Positions 10,011-18,636 of a stretch of 64,000 nt of DNA are shown here, one piece after another (within the stretch, counting starts at the first letter, position 1; the number at the start of each line of letters is the position of its first letter). This stretch comes from Alphaproteobacteria bacterium (GTDB taxonomy: Bacteria > Pseudomonadota > Alphaproteobacteria > RF32 > CAG-239): NCBI GenBank assembly GCA_048463395.1, contig DBFWPL010000002.1, positions 24,098 to 88,097 of the forward strand. Direction: 5' to 3'. The notes under the pieces are model-generated. The model had not been told where the DNA came from, made no database searches, and saw only the letters and a program-made list of their open reading frames with translations. Both the position numbers and the translations under genes were made by a program.

Positions 10011-10982
10011 ATGGCGAAAATTCTTGTTGCCGGAGGAGCCGGATATATCGGAAGTCATGTGGTTAAGGCGATTTTGCAAGCGGGAGATCAGGCTTTGGTT
10101 TATGATAATCTTTCCAGCGGGCAGAAGATTAATCTTTTTTCTCAGGCGGAGTTTGTCGAGGGGGATATTCTGGATTATGAAACTCTGAAAAAGGCGATGG
10201 GGCAAGAAATTGACGCTGTGGTGCATCTGGCCGGCAAGAAAGCGGTCGGAGAGTCAATGCTTGTGCCGGAGAAGTATGCCGTTAACAATATTACGGGTGC
10301 TTTGAACATCATTAATGCGATGTCGGAATGCGGTGTAAAGCATATTGTGTTTTCGTCTTCTGCGGCGGTCTACGGAATGCCGGAATATCTGCCGGTTGAT
10401 GAAAAACATCCGCTTAATCCGATTAACTATTACGGATTTACCAAACTTGAATTTGAGAGAAATCTGGAGTGGTACAGTCGTTTGAAAGATTTCAGCTATA
10501 TGGCTTTGCGGTATTTTAACGCGGTGGGGTATGACGCTGACGGGGATATTAAGGGGAAAGAACTGAATCCGCAGAATCTGCTGCCGATTATTATTGAAGC
10601 GGCAACCGGAAAGCGTGAAAGCCTGAGCGTGTTTGGAAATGATTATGACACCAGAGACGGAACTTGTATCAGAGATTATGTGCATGTTACGGATTTGGCA
10701 AAAGCCCATGTTTTGGCTCTTGAAAAACTGATGAACGGAGCAAAGTCAGAGGTTATTAACCTGGGAACAAATACCGGAACAACGGTTAACGAAGTTATTC
10801 GGGCAGCGGAAAAGGTTACCGGTAAAAAGCTGAATGTCAAATATGTTGAGCGGCGTCCGGGGGATCCGGCAGAGTTGGTTGCCTCGTATGATAAGGCTAA
10901 ACAGGTTTTGGGCTGGGAGCCTGAATATAAAAATATTGAAGATATTGTACGAACGACATGGAATATGGAAAACCTCGGGTAA
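10011..10982 (+). CDS. galE: UDP-glucose 4-epimerase
   Basis: KILVAGGAGYIGSH, the YxxxK SDR motif and high overall GalE similarity. Start is immediately after the ugd stop. Confidence 0.8.
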   Translation: MAKILVAGGAGYIGSHVVKAILQAGDQALVYDNLSSGQKINLFSQAEFVEGDILDYETLKKAMGQEIDAVVHLAGKKAVGESMLVPEKYAVNNITGALNIINAMSECGVKHIVFSSSAAVYGMPEYLPVDEKHPLNPINYYGFTKLEFERNLEWYSRLKDFSYMALRYFNAVGYDADGDIKGKELNPQNLLPIIIEAATGKRESLSVFGNDYDTRDGTCIRDYVHVTDLAKAHVLALEKLMNGAKSEVINLGTNTGTTVNEVIRAAEKVTGKKLNVKYVERRPGDPAELVASYDKAKQVLGWEPEYKNIEDIVRTTWNMENLG

Positions 10983-11004
10983 AATACCCGAGGTTTTTTT
11001 TAAG
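10966..11004. terminator. rho-independent terminator (bidirectional) after galE
   Basis: acctcgggtaaaatacccgaggt hairpin followed by T8. Confidence 0.6.
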
Positions 11005-11362
11005 CATTATATGGGTAAGTTTGTTTGATTTCTGCGACTTTTTGGCGGCGGAGTTCCAATAGTTGAGAAATTTCGGCTTCAATATCCGGTGTGGAAATTT
11101 CATCCCGTAAACGGTTTATTTCCAAAGTCAGGCAGTCGGTTTCCATGGCGTAAGCACGTGAGCGGAGAATACGTATTTCTTCATTGCTTAATGTTGGTTT
11201 GGGCGGCAGAAATCCGGATAAATAAAATCTTCCGTCGCCGTTGGTTTCAACTTCCTGTTCCGTAAAGCCTGTGTTTAAGAAATAAATAGTATCAGGGTTT
11301 TCTCCGGCGGCGATACAGACTTCTTTAGTTTGTTGATTGATTATTTTGCTCAGTTTCTTCAT
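11000..11362 (-). CDS. phage tail-fibre assembly chaperone-like protein
   Basis: 120 aa. C-terminal ...LTLEINRLRDEISTPDIEAEISQLLELRRQKVAEIKQTYP resembles Tfa-type tail-fibre assembly proteins. It sits immediately downstream of, and overlapping, a tail-fibre-like gene. Confidence 0.4.
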   Translation of the reverse strand: MKKLSKIINQQTKEVCIAAGENPDTIYFLNTGFTEQEVETNGDGRFYLSGFLPPKPTLSNEEIRILRSRAYAMETDCLTLEINRLRDEISTPDIEAEISQLLELRRQKVAEIKQTYPYNA

Positions 11363-12329
11363 GTTTGCTTCCTTTCAAAGGGAAAAAAGTGTATAAGGGG
11401 TTATAACTGCTTAAGCCGGACCAGCTGATGACATCTCCCGTTCCGACCCAGACATCACGAGTTCTTGTAACGGAAACGCTTGGCATTTCGTCAAAAACAA
11501 TTCGGGTACCGTTGACGGTAACGTTAATTGCGGTTACGATTGCACCGCCCTGAAGGTTAATCATTCCCGGCTCTTGAGCCGTAAACGGGCTGGTTATGGA
11601 ATAACCGCGGGTATAGTCTGGAATGCCTAATTCAACGATGGTTGTTTTGGCTTCGGTTGTTAAATTGGCGGCGTTGTTATCCGCTTTGGCGGCGATTTGT
11701 TCTTCCAATTCGGGAAGAATTGTATCCATGTCTTCTTTGGTGTTGCGGATTTCTTCCAGATAAGTTTGTGTTTGCTGCAGAATTTTTGAATTGGTTTCCG
11801 AAGCTTCAAGAACGACGGAAATGTTTTTTTCCAAGTCGTTTAGTCTGAAAGAAGAGTTTTGCAGTTCTGTTTCATCATCACTCCAGACAATAGCTTTGCC
11901 GGCTTCCGGCATTGGCAGGCTGACGTCCATTTGTGTTGGGGCAGAAGGCGGAAAAGTTACCGTGCGTCCGATAAGGTCTTCAAGCTGCTCCATGCAGGCA
12001 AGCTGATAGTCAAATTCAGAGTTTACTTTGGAGCTCATAAACGGTCCGACTTCTTTGAAGTTGGTAGTTCTTTTAAATGGAATGCTGCGATACAGCGTGA
12101 TAACGGTTCCTTCTGCCGGCGGGGTATCAAAAATAACGGTACCGCCGTTGATGTCCGGAGATGAGCTCATGATAACGGAATAACCGTTTTCCAAGAGTTT
12201 GTTGTCCAGATATATTTTAACATCATCGGGGTTGAAAATCGGAAAATGGAAATAATATTCGGACCGGGTGCCGTCGGCAATAAGGCGTAAACGGGGTTTG
12301 ACGCTGCCGGAATCTTGAGGATTGGACAT
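11325..12329 (-). CDS. T7-type tail fibre-like protein
   Basis: N-terminus ...LIADGTRSEYYFHFPIFNPDDVKIYLDNKLLENGYSVI matches the pattern of the T7 gp17 N-terminal tail-attachment domain (DGSNRDFNIPFEYL...VVVTLIG...TDYRF). A central coiled-coil-like segment and a beta-rich C-terminus follow. GGAGA lies 5 nt before the second ATG (12329); the track start at 12422 is probably too long. Confidence 0.5.
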   Translation of the reverse strand: MSNPQDSGSVKPRLRLIADGTRSEYYFHFPIFNPDDVKIYLDNKLLENGYSVIMSSSPDINGGTVIFDTPPAEGTVITLYRSIPFKRTTNFKEVGPFMSSKVNSEFDYQLACMEQLEDLIGRTVTFPPSAPTQMDVSLPMPEAGKAIVWSDDETELQNSSFRLNDLEKNISVVLEASETNSKILQQTQTYLEEIRNTKEDMDTILPELEEQIAAKADNNAANLTTEAKTTIVELGIPDYTRGYSITSPFTAQEPGMINLQGGAIVTAINVTVNGTRIVFDEMPSVSVTRTRDVWVGTGDVISWSGLSSYNPLYTFFPLKGSKHEETEQNNQSTN

Positions 12330-12509
12330 TTCTTTCTCCATTGTTGTTAAGTTGAACAATCGAGAAGATAAACAAATAATAGTGGCAATTGTTCTTGTAT
12401 AATATTTTTTAGAAAAAGTCAAGGAATAAATTCCTATTTTATACGGTTGACTTTTGAATTATGATGATTACTATCTAATTTAGTTTTTAATTTATGAGGA
12501 GATTTGAAT

Positions 12510-13256
12510 ATGGCTGAGACAGAAAAAAGCTGTGGCTGCAGAGGAAAATGTTTTGGTGCGGCGGTTTTGGCTTTGGGTATTGCTCTGGGCGGGTTTTTTC
12601 CGGGGTATTACTATTATCAGGCAAAAGTAAACAACAATTCGGTTACGGTCAAAGGTTTGGCTGAAATGGATGTGAAAGCCGATCTTGCCGTTTGGGATTT
12701 GAAGTTTGTGGTAACCGGAAATGATTTGCAACTTTCCAGACAAGAGGTGTCTGCTCAGGCTTTGGCTATTCGTCAATTCTTGCTTGAAAAGGGTTTTACA
12801 AATGAGGAAATCAGCGACGGACGGATTGAAACCAATGACCTGATGGCTAATCCGTATCGCAGTAATGAGTTGAACGGAGCTCGTTTTATTTTGACGCAGA
12901 CAATCAAAGTCAGAACACATAATGTGGATTTGGTTGAAAACGCTTTGGCTCAAACCGGAGATTTAATCGGCAAAGGGGTTATTTTTGACAGTCAGTCTTA
13001 TGGGTATCCGGTATCGTATGTCTTTACAAAACTGAATGAGATTAAACCTCAGATGTTGGAGGAAGCAACAAAGAATGCCAAAGAGGCCGCTTTGGAATTT
13101 GCCAAGAGCAGCGGCAGCAAGGTCGGTAAAATCCGCAGGGCAAATCAGGGCGTATTCTCTATTCTTCCGGCTGAACAAACTTCCAATGCCATGGAAATGC
13201 AGCAGATAAATAAAAAAGTACGCGTGGTTTCCACAATAGAATATTGGTTGGATTAA
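12510..13256 (+). CDS. SIMPL-domain (YggE/DUF541-like) periplasmic protein
   Basis: GAGGAG lies 9 nt upstream of the ATG at 12510. N-terminal TM/signal, followed by a typical SIMPL-domain region (…NDLMANPYRSNE…, …QGVFSILPAEQT…). Confidence 0.65.
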   Translation: MAETEKSCGCRGKCFGAAVLALGIALGGFFPGYYYYQAKVNNNSVTVKGLAEMDVKADLAVWDLKFVVTGNDLQLSRQEVSAQALAIRQFLLEKGFTNEEISDGRIETNDLMANPYRSNELNGARFILTQTIKVRTHNVDLVENALAQTGDLIGKGVIFDSQSYGYPVSYVFTKLNEIKPQMLEEATKNAKEAALEFAKSSGSKVGKIRRANQGVFSILPAEQTSNAMEMQQINKKVRVVSTIEYWLD

Positions 13257-13257
13257 T

Positions 13258-13292
13258 TGAAGAAAACCCCTCTCATTTGAGAGGGGTTTGTT
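13258..13292. terminator. bidirectional terminator between convergent genes
   Basis: aaaacccctctcatttgagaggggtttg hairpin with flanking A/T runs. Confidence 0.55.
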
Positions 13293-13300
13293 GTTAATTG

Positions 13301-14029
13301 TTAAGGGAGTATGCCAACGCAAATGTGTGGAAATTTCATTTGAGATACTGCGGTCATTTGATAGTTATTGACCATGTTGTAGGGCGTTCCTCCCTTGAGC
13401 CAGATAGAAGCTGATTGTGTTCCTCCTCCGAATGTATATCCATCACTACTTATAGAAATTAAGTTTAAATTTTTAACAATTGGTGAGGTGCTGGTTGCAG
13501 TTTTTAAATTAGCTATCATGCTATATTTGTCTTTTAGCAGTTGGGCCTCTTCAAGGCTAGGCAGATGTCCGGTACAGAGATAGTTTGGTGCTGTGTTGAT
13601 GGCGTGGGCAATACTTGCACATTTATATTGACAGAATGTACTGTTATAACTTTCCGGGGTGCCGTTTCCTTCCAGTAGAACTAATTTGGTAGAGGCATTT
13701 ACCACTATACCGATAGCCTGTTTATCGGGTAAAGCTGTTGTCGGTCGGCTCCATGTGCCGTCTTTGTATACGATGTCTCCATCTTGCAGGGGAATGTTTT
13801 GAGCCAAAAATTCATCTCTGCTGAGTGATGTTCCGCAAGATATTTTACTTTTATCAAAAGGACATTTCAATGTTTTTAGGCCGACACATTGTGCTTCAGT
13901 CATTGTGTATCCTAATTCTTCACAAGAAGGAGGAGTGTCACAGGTTTGGGCGGAAGCTGTTGAGGCGGCGAAGGAGAAAGCGAGTATTGAAAGGCTAACT
14001 CCCCATATATTTCTAAAATTATCAGTCAT
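13301..14029 (-). CDS. cysteine-rich secreted protein (hypothetical)
   Basis: Signal peptide MTDNFRNIWGVSLSILAFSFAASTASA, then Cys-rich region with a CxxxGYT motif. Shares motifs with the upstream gene. Confidence 0.5.
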   Translation of the reverse strand: MTDNFRNIWGVSLSILAFSFAASTASAQTCDTPPSCEELGYTMTEAQCVGLKTLKCPFDKSKISCGTSLSRDEFLAQNIPLQDGDIVYKDGTWSRPTTALPDKQAIGIVVNASTKLVLLEGNGTPESYNSTFCQYKCASIAHAINTAPNYLCTGHLPSLEEAQLLKDKYSMIANLKTATSTSPIVKNLNLISISSDGYTFGGGTQSASIWLKGGTPYNMVNNYQMTAVSQMKFPHICVGILP

Positions 14030-14044
14030 AATCTTTCTCCTTGT

Positions 14045-14998
14045 TTATTTAGTTATAGGTTTCATCCAACATTTATACCAAGAGCAGGTATCAATGTCGG
14101 TGTATCCGGTTGCACATCCGGTAATGTAGTATTTGGAAGAGCATTTCTCAAAAGAGCAGGTGTACCCTGTCGGACAAGAGGTATAAGTACCGACATTCGG
14201 GCAGGATTTACATTTGTTGTATTTGGTAACGCCGTTTTCGGTACAGCTTTGTGCACCGGCTTCGTATCCCAAGTCGCATTCAATGAACTCAGCAGAGCAT
14301 GAGCAGCCGTTCTTTGAAGCGTTTACAACATAAGGGTATTCACAAGATTTACAGATATTTTTCGGGTAGAAATATGAAGTTAAATTCTGATTGCTGCGGC
14401 AGTAGTTGTATGCTTCCACGATATTAGAGCGGTAATCCTGTTCAGAGATGTATTCGTTTTCAGCGGAACAAGGGGTTAGAGAGCTATCGGTACATCGGCA
14501 AGCGTAATAAGTACCGGATTTATCGGAACATGTTTCGGTTTGGGCAAGTTTTCCGCAGGTTGAAAGTCTGTTGCTTTCGGTAACGGTATAGTAAGTTGTA
14601 TCGCACAAACAGGCTTTAAAGTATTTATTATCGTGAGGGCAGCTGGTTGTTTCGTCAGGGAAGGAGTTTTGAGGGCATTCCGTACGATTAAAGCCTTCGT
14701 CCCGGCATTGTAGGGAGGTGTCAATATTAGTATCGTTGTCAGAATAGTTAAGACCAAGACCATAGGCGTTTTTATCAGAGTTAACAATAGATCTGACAGC
14801 GGCGAGTTTGACGGTATTATCCGAGTTAAAAGAGGATATAGGCTTCAGCTCCATGGGTGTATGTGTGTGTGGTGTGTGTGTGTTTACCAGAGGGGTACCA
14901 GAGTAAGCCAAAGTCAGATGTTTAGCCTCGGAGACCTGAGGGTTGCCGGAGAGCAAGACGCAGGCAGAGGCCAGTAAAAAGAACTTAGTATCAGTCAT
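14045..14998 (-). CDS. cysteine-rich secreted protein (hypothetical), ~35 Cys
   Basis: Signal peptide MTDTKFFLLASACVLLSGNPQVSEA. HT(P) repeat encoded by an imperfect (GT)n tract. Repeated C-x-GYT motifs (CPTGYTC, GCATGYTD). Confidence 0.5.
   Translation of the reverse strand: MTDTKFFLLASACVLLSGNPQVSEAKHLTLAYSGTPLVNTHTPHTHTPMELKPISSFNSDNTVKLAAVRSIVNSDKNAYGLGLNYSDNDTNIDTSLQCRDEGFNRTECPQNSFPDETTSCPHDNKYFKACLCDTTYYTVTESNRLSTCGKLAQTETCSDKSGTYYACRCTDSSLTPCSAENEYISEQDYRSNIVEAYNYCRSNQNLTSYFYPKNICKSCEYPYVVNASKNGCSCSAEFIECDLGYEAGAQSCTENGVTKYNKCKSCPNVGTYTSCPTGYTCSFEKCSSKYYITGCATGYTDIDTCSWYKCWMKPITK
14856..14884. repeat. imperfect (GT)n/(CA)n dinucleotide tract inside the CDS (encodes THTPHTHTP)
   Basis: ggtgtatgtgtgtgtggtgtgtgtgtgtt as read in the sequence. 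Confidence 0.7.
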
Positions 14999-15053
14999 GG
15001 TATCACCTCATAGTAATTAAGAACTAAAGCCTATATACTATCCATACTAAGTC

Positions 15054-15066
15054 TTTTTTTTTTTTT
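15054..15066. repeat. homopolymeric T13 (A13 on minus) tract in the promoter spacer of the Cys-rich protein operon
   Basis: 13 consecutive T, located 56-68 nt upstream of the start codon at 14998. Flanked by TTGTTGCA (-35-like) and TAGTAT (-10-like) on the minus strand. Confidence 0.8.
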
Positions 15067-15072
15067 GCAACA

Positions 15073-15104
15073 AAAAAGTGCATCTGCCCGCACTTTTAAA
15101 AGGA
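15073..15104. terminator. hairpin terminator (bidirectional)
   Basis: gtgcatctgcccgcac hairpin flanked by A6 and T4. Confidence 0.4.
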
Positions 15105-15165
15105 GATTTCACATTTCTGTTACATTCCGGAAAACATCTCTAACTTTTGTCTGTGTTTGCCGATC

Positions 15166-15198
15166 ATAAAAAAGGCTCTCGTTTGAGAGCCTCGGAAA
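15166..15198 (-). terminator. rho-independent terminator of nagB
   Basis: ggctctcgtttgagagcc hairpin followed by T6 on the minus strand, just downstream of the nagB stop. Confidence 0.6.
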
Positions 15199-15990
15199 TC
15201 AGAAATTGTTTTTTTCAATATCTTTGAAGTATCTAACTGTGTCGGCTTTGAGTTCGTTTGTTGCATCCTCATCGCAGACGATAATACCGTGTTGGTGCAT
15301 TTGCAAAATACTGACCGGCCACATATGGTTAATGCTGCCTTCAATGGCGTGGTGAATAGCTCGGGCTTTTTTCGAGCCGGTTGCCAGAATCATAACTTCT
15401 TCCGCGTCCATGATCGTGCCGATACCCACTGTCAGGGCTGTGGTCGGGACTTTGGAAACATCATTGTCAAAAAAGCGGGAGTTTACCTGAATGGTGTCGG
15501 AAGTCAGGGTTTTGACACGAGTTCTTGAGGTTAAGGACGAGCCCGGTTCGTTAAAAGCGATATGTCCGTCTTCCCCCAGTCCGCCAAGAAAGAGATGAAT
15601 TCCTCCGAATGCTTTGATAGCGTTCTCGTAAAGTTCACATTCTTTCTCATAATTTTTGGTCATGCCGTTAAGAATGTGGATGTTGTTCTTTTTTATATCA
15701 ATGTGTCTGAAGAAATTTTCCCACATAAAGTAATGATAGCTTTGCGGATGTTTTTCATCCAAGCCGATATATTCGTCCATATTAAATGTTACGACATTTT
15801 CAAAGGAAAGTTTGCCCGCCTGATACATTTTGATGAGTTCTTTATAAACGCCGAGCGGAGTGGAACCGGTTGGTAAACCCAAAACAAACGGTTTTTTCAG
15901 AGAGGGTTTGAAACGTTTGATTTTATAGGCGATATAATTGGCGGCCCAGAGGGAAACATTGTCGTAATCCGGTCTTATCAGCACTCTCAT
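15199..15990 (-). CDS. nagB: glucosamine-6-phosphate deaminase
   Basis: [21 protein letters not shown]...GLPTGSTP...[25 protein letters not shown] are canonical NagB motifs. Confidence 0.85.
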   Translation of the reverse strand: MRVLIRPDYDNVSLWAANYIAYKIKRFKPSLKKPFVLGLPTGSTPLGVYKELIKMYQAGKLSFENVVTFNMDEYIGLDEKHPQSYHYFMWENFFRHIDIKKNNIHILNGMTKNYEKECELYENAIKAFGGIHLFLGGLGEDGHIAFNEPGSSLTSRTRVKTLTSDTIQVNSRFFDNDVSKVPTTALTVGIGTIMDAEEVMILATGSKKARAIHHAIEGSINHMWPVSILQMHQHGIIVCDEDATNELKADTVRYFKDIEKNNF

Positions 15991-17162
15991 TTTACTTTTC
16001 CTTTTTCAAATAGTTTTCCGTTGATGATTGTATATAAGGTATTGAATTTCTTGTCAAACACGACCAAATCGGCATCGTATCCCGGTGCTATTAATCCAAG
16101 GTGCTCTTGTCTCATGATAACAGCCGGATTAGCGGCGGCCATACGGATGGCTTGTTCCAGATTAAGACCGAAGGAGACCAGATTTTTTACGCCGTCAATC
16201 ATGGTCAAAGCCGAACCGGCGATGACGTCATCTGATTTTCTTAAAAAACATTTATCCAGATAAACTTCTTCGCCGTTGGCAATCAGAGGAAGGGTTTTCT
16301 GCTTGGTCGGTTTAAGCGAATCGGTTACCAGCACCAATTTATCAAGTGGTTTGCATTGCAACAGAAACTTGATGATGTTCGGGTTGATGTGAATGCCGTC
16401 GGCGATAATCTCACAGGAGAGTTCCGGATGAATAAATACGGCTCCGACAGCTCCGGGGTCGCGGTGGTGCATTCTGCTCATGGCATTGAACAAGTGGGTT
16501 ACGTGCAAAATGCGAGCCTGCATGCCTTCAACCATTTGTTCGTAAGTGGCATTGGTATGTCCGGCTTGCAGGACAATTCCTTTGGAGACGCAATAAAGGG
16601 CAAGTTCCCGCATATTCTTGAGTTCAGGAGCCACGGTCATGTTGATAATGTGTCCTTCGGCGGCGTCCAGCAATTCATTCATTAAATCTATGCTGACCGG
16701 GCTGAGCGACTCCGGTGTTTGTACGCCCAGACGATCCGGAGAGATGAACGGTCCTTCCAGATGAATTCCCAGAATTTTGGCTCCTTTTTCCTGTCCCATG
16801 GCTTCAACAACAGCACGTATCCCCTTGATAAGCTGCTCTTTGGGAGCGGAATATAAGGTCGGGATAAAAGAAGTAACGCCGTATTTGGGCAGAACTTCCG
16901 ACATTTTTAAGATAGATTGGGGAGAAAAATCGTCGGTTCCCCAGCCTTCAATTCCGTGAATGTGAGTATCCATAAAGCCCGGGGCGATATAAGCTCCGTC
17001 GGCGTCGATAAATTTGACGGTGTCTTTGAATTTTTTCTGAGCAAAACGGGTTTCGTTGAAAACATCAATAATCTTGTGCTGTTTAATCAATACCGCACAA
17101 TTTTTCATTTCGGAATAGCCGGTCAAAACGGTGGCATTATGCAAGCAAATTTCGGAATCCAT
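15987..17162 (-). CDS. nagA: N-acetylglucosamine-6-phosphate deacetylase
   Basis: Metal-binding DTHIHG motif, amidohydrolase fold, 4-nt overlap with nagB. Confidence 0.85.
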   Translation of the reverse strand: MDSEICLHNATVLTGYSEMKNCAVLIKQHKIIDVFNETRFAQKKFKDTVKFIDADGAYIAPGFMDTHIHGIEGWGTDDFSPQSILKMSEVLPKYGVTSFIPTLYSAPKEQLIKGIRAVVEAMGQEKGAKILGIHLEGPFISPDRLGVQTPESLSPVSIDLMNELLDAAEGHIINMTVAPELKNMRELALYCVSKGIVLQAGHTNATYEQMVEGMQARILHVTHLFNAMSRMHHRDPGAVGAVFIHPELSCEIIADGIHINPNIIKFLLQCKPLDKLVLVTDSLKPTKQKTLPLIANGEEVYLDKCFLRKSDDVIAGSALTMIDGVKNLVSFGLNLEQAIRMAAANPAVIMRQEHLGLIAPGYDADLVVFDKKFNTLYTIINGKLFEKGKVK

Positions 17163-17281
17163 CTTTTCTCTTTCCTGTTCGAATCTAATGTTAAAATAAT
17201 AGCGATTAAAAGTAAATTATTGCCTAAATTTAAAATTAGTTTATGCTGATTTTCAGATAAATTACTGAAAGGGCTTTATTG

Positions 17282-18214
17282 ATGTTTTTTTCCGGATTTT
17301 TTGAGCCGAAACCTTTTAATGAGGGATATTTGCCCGAGGCTGACGGCCATTCTGTTTATTTTTGCGAGTATGGAAATCCGAAGGGGATACCGCTGGCAAC
17401 AACTCACGGAGGACCGGGGGGCGGCGGTTGTAAACCTCGTTATCTGCAAGGCATTAATCTCAGAAAATACCGGGTTGTTATGTTCGACCAGAGAGGCTGC
17501 GGAAAGTCAACGCCGGCCGGAGAAATGAAAAACAACACCATGGAAGACACGCTGTTTGATTTGAAACGTTTGCGGGAATATCTGAATATTAAAGAAAAGG
17601 TTATTCTTAAAGGGGCTTCTTGGGCTTCCACGGTTATGCTGATGTTTGCGGAACGGTATCCGAAACTGGTTAAAAAAATGATTTTGTCGCAGGTTTTTCT
17701 GGCAGACAAGATGAATGACGATTGGATGTTAGAGCAAAGCAGTCTGTTTTATCCGGATGTGATGGAAAAAATAAAAGCAGAGGTGCACGGTTGGAAGACT
17801 GTTCCGGAAACGTATGCGGAACTCATCAATTCCGATAATGCGGAAAAACAGCAAAAGGCGGTTTCTTTGTTTGGAAATTATGAGCAGGTTTTGGGGAATT
17901 TTGACGTTAATCCGGAAGTCGGGGAGTTGAACGAAAAGTCTTTGGCTGCCAATCGTATTTATTTGAATTATTTTGCCAAGAATTTTACGCTCAAAAGTAA
18001 TGAGATTATGCGGAACGTGAAGAAAATCGCAGATATTCCGGCGTTAATCGTGCATAATCGTTTGGATTTTGTCTGTCCTTTGAAAAACGCTTATGATTTA
18101 CATAAGGCTTTGCCAAATTCAAAGCTGGTCATTGTGCCGGAAAAAGGGCATGGCGGAAAGCTGTTGTTTAAGACCATCAAAAAAGAAACGGAAAAGTTTT
18201 TGGCAGAGGATTAG
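17282..18214 (+). CDS. pip: proline iminopeptidase (S33 family)
   Basis: VMFDQRGCGKST and GASWAST (GxSxG) motifs. GAAAGGG SD. The track start at 17279 is TTG; the ATG is at 17282. Confidence 0.8.
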   Translation: MFFSGFFEPKPFNEGYLPEADGHSVYFCEYGNPKGIPLATTHGGPGGGGCKPRYLQGINLRKYRVVMFDQRGCGKSTPAGEMKNNTMEDTLFDLKRLREYLNIKEKVILKGASWASTVMLMFAERYPKLVKKMILSQVFLADKMNDDWMLEQSSLFYPDVMEKIKAEVHGWKTVPETYAELINSDNAEKQQKAVSLFGNYEQVLGNFDVNPEVGELNEKSLAANRIYLNYFAKNFTLKSNEIMRNVKKIADIPALIVHNRLDFVCPLKNAYDLHKALPNSKLVIVPEKGHGGKLLFKTIKKETEKFLAED

Positions 18215-18216
18215 TT

Positions 18217-18555
18217 ATGTCTGATAAGAATTTGATTTTGAGAGAAAGTCCGTCATTGCAGGATTTTCAGGATTATGTAGCTGAGATGAAGCGGGTACGG
18301 GGATTTAATACAACCGATAAATTTTATGAGTGTTGTCTGTTGGCTGAAGAAACAGGGGAACTGATTTCCGCTGTTCGCAAAAACAGCAAGTCCGGTTCTA
18401 TCGGAAGCGGTTCAAGGGTTGGAAATGTTAAGGAAGAGTTGGCCGATGTTTTTATATATGTGTTGAGTTTGGCTAATATGCATGGTATTGATTTGGAAGA
18501 AGCTTTTCGTGAAAAAGAGGAAATAAACAAGCAGCGAATCTGGAAAAGGTTGTAA
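18217..18555 (+). CDS. MazG-like nucleoside triphosphate pyrophosphohydrolase
   Basis: EExGELxxA and EELADVFIYVLSLANMHGIDLEEA motifs. GAGGA SD. Confidence 0.6.
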   Translation: MSDKNLILRESPSLQDFQDYVAEMKRVRGFNTTDKFYECCLLAEETGELISAVRKNSKSGSIGSGSRVGNVKEELADVFIYVLSLANMHGIDLEEAFREKEEINKQRIWKRL

Positions 18556-18636
18556 AAGCGGAAATCATTTGTTGACAAAAGAACGGATAGTTATTACCAA
18601 TCAGAATGATGGTTTTAATTTAATTCCGGATGTTAA

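Noticed and set aside
9489-10709. 245-aa and 151-aa minus-strand ORFs antisense to ugd/galE. Similar long antisense ORFs lie inside rmlB (27121..27816), typA (28901..29425), the MBOAT gene (20411..20923) and the DHHW gene (19252..19884)
   Set aside because: The sense-strand genes have strong family motifs. The antisense ORFs have biased, nonsense-like composition and are typical shadow ORFs.
13301-14998. Diversity-generating retroelement target genes (Cys-rich secreted proteins with Asn-rich C-termini)
   Set aside because: There is no reverse transcriptase gene and no template-repeat/variable-repeat pair in the window.
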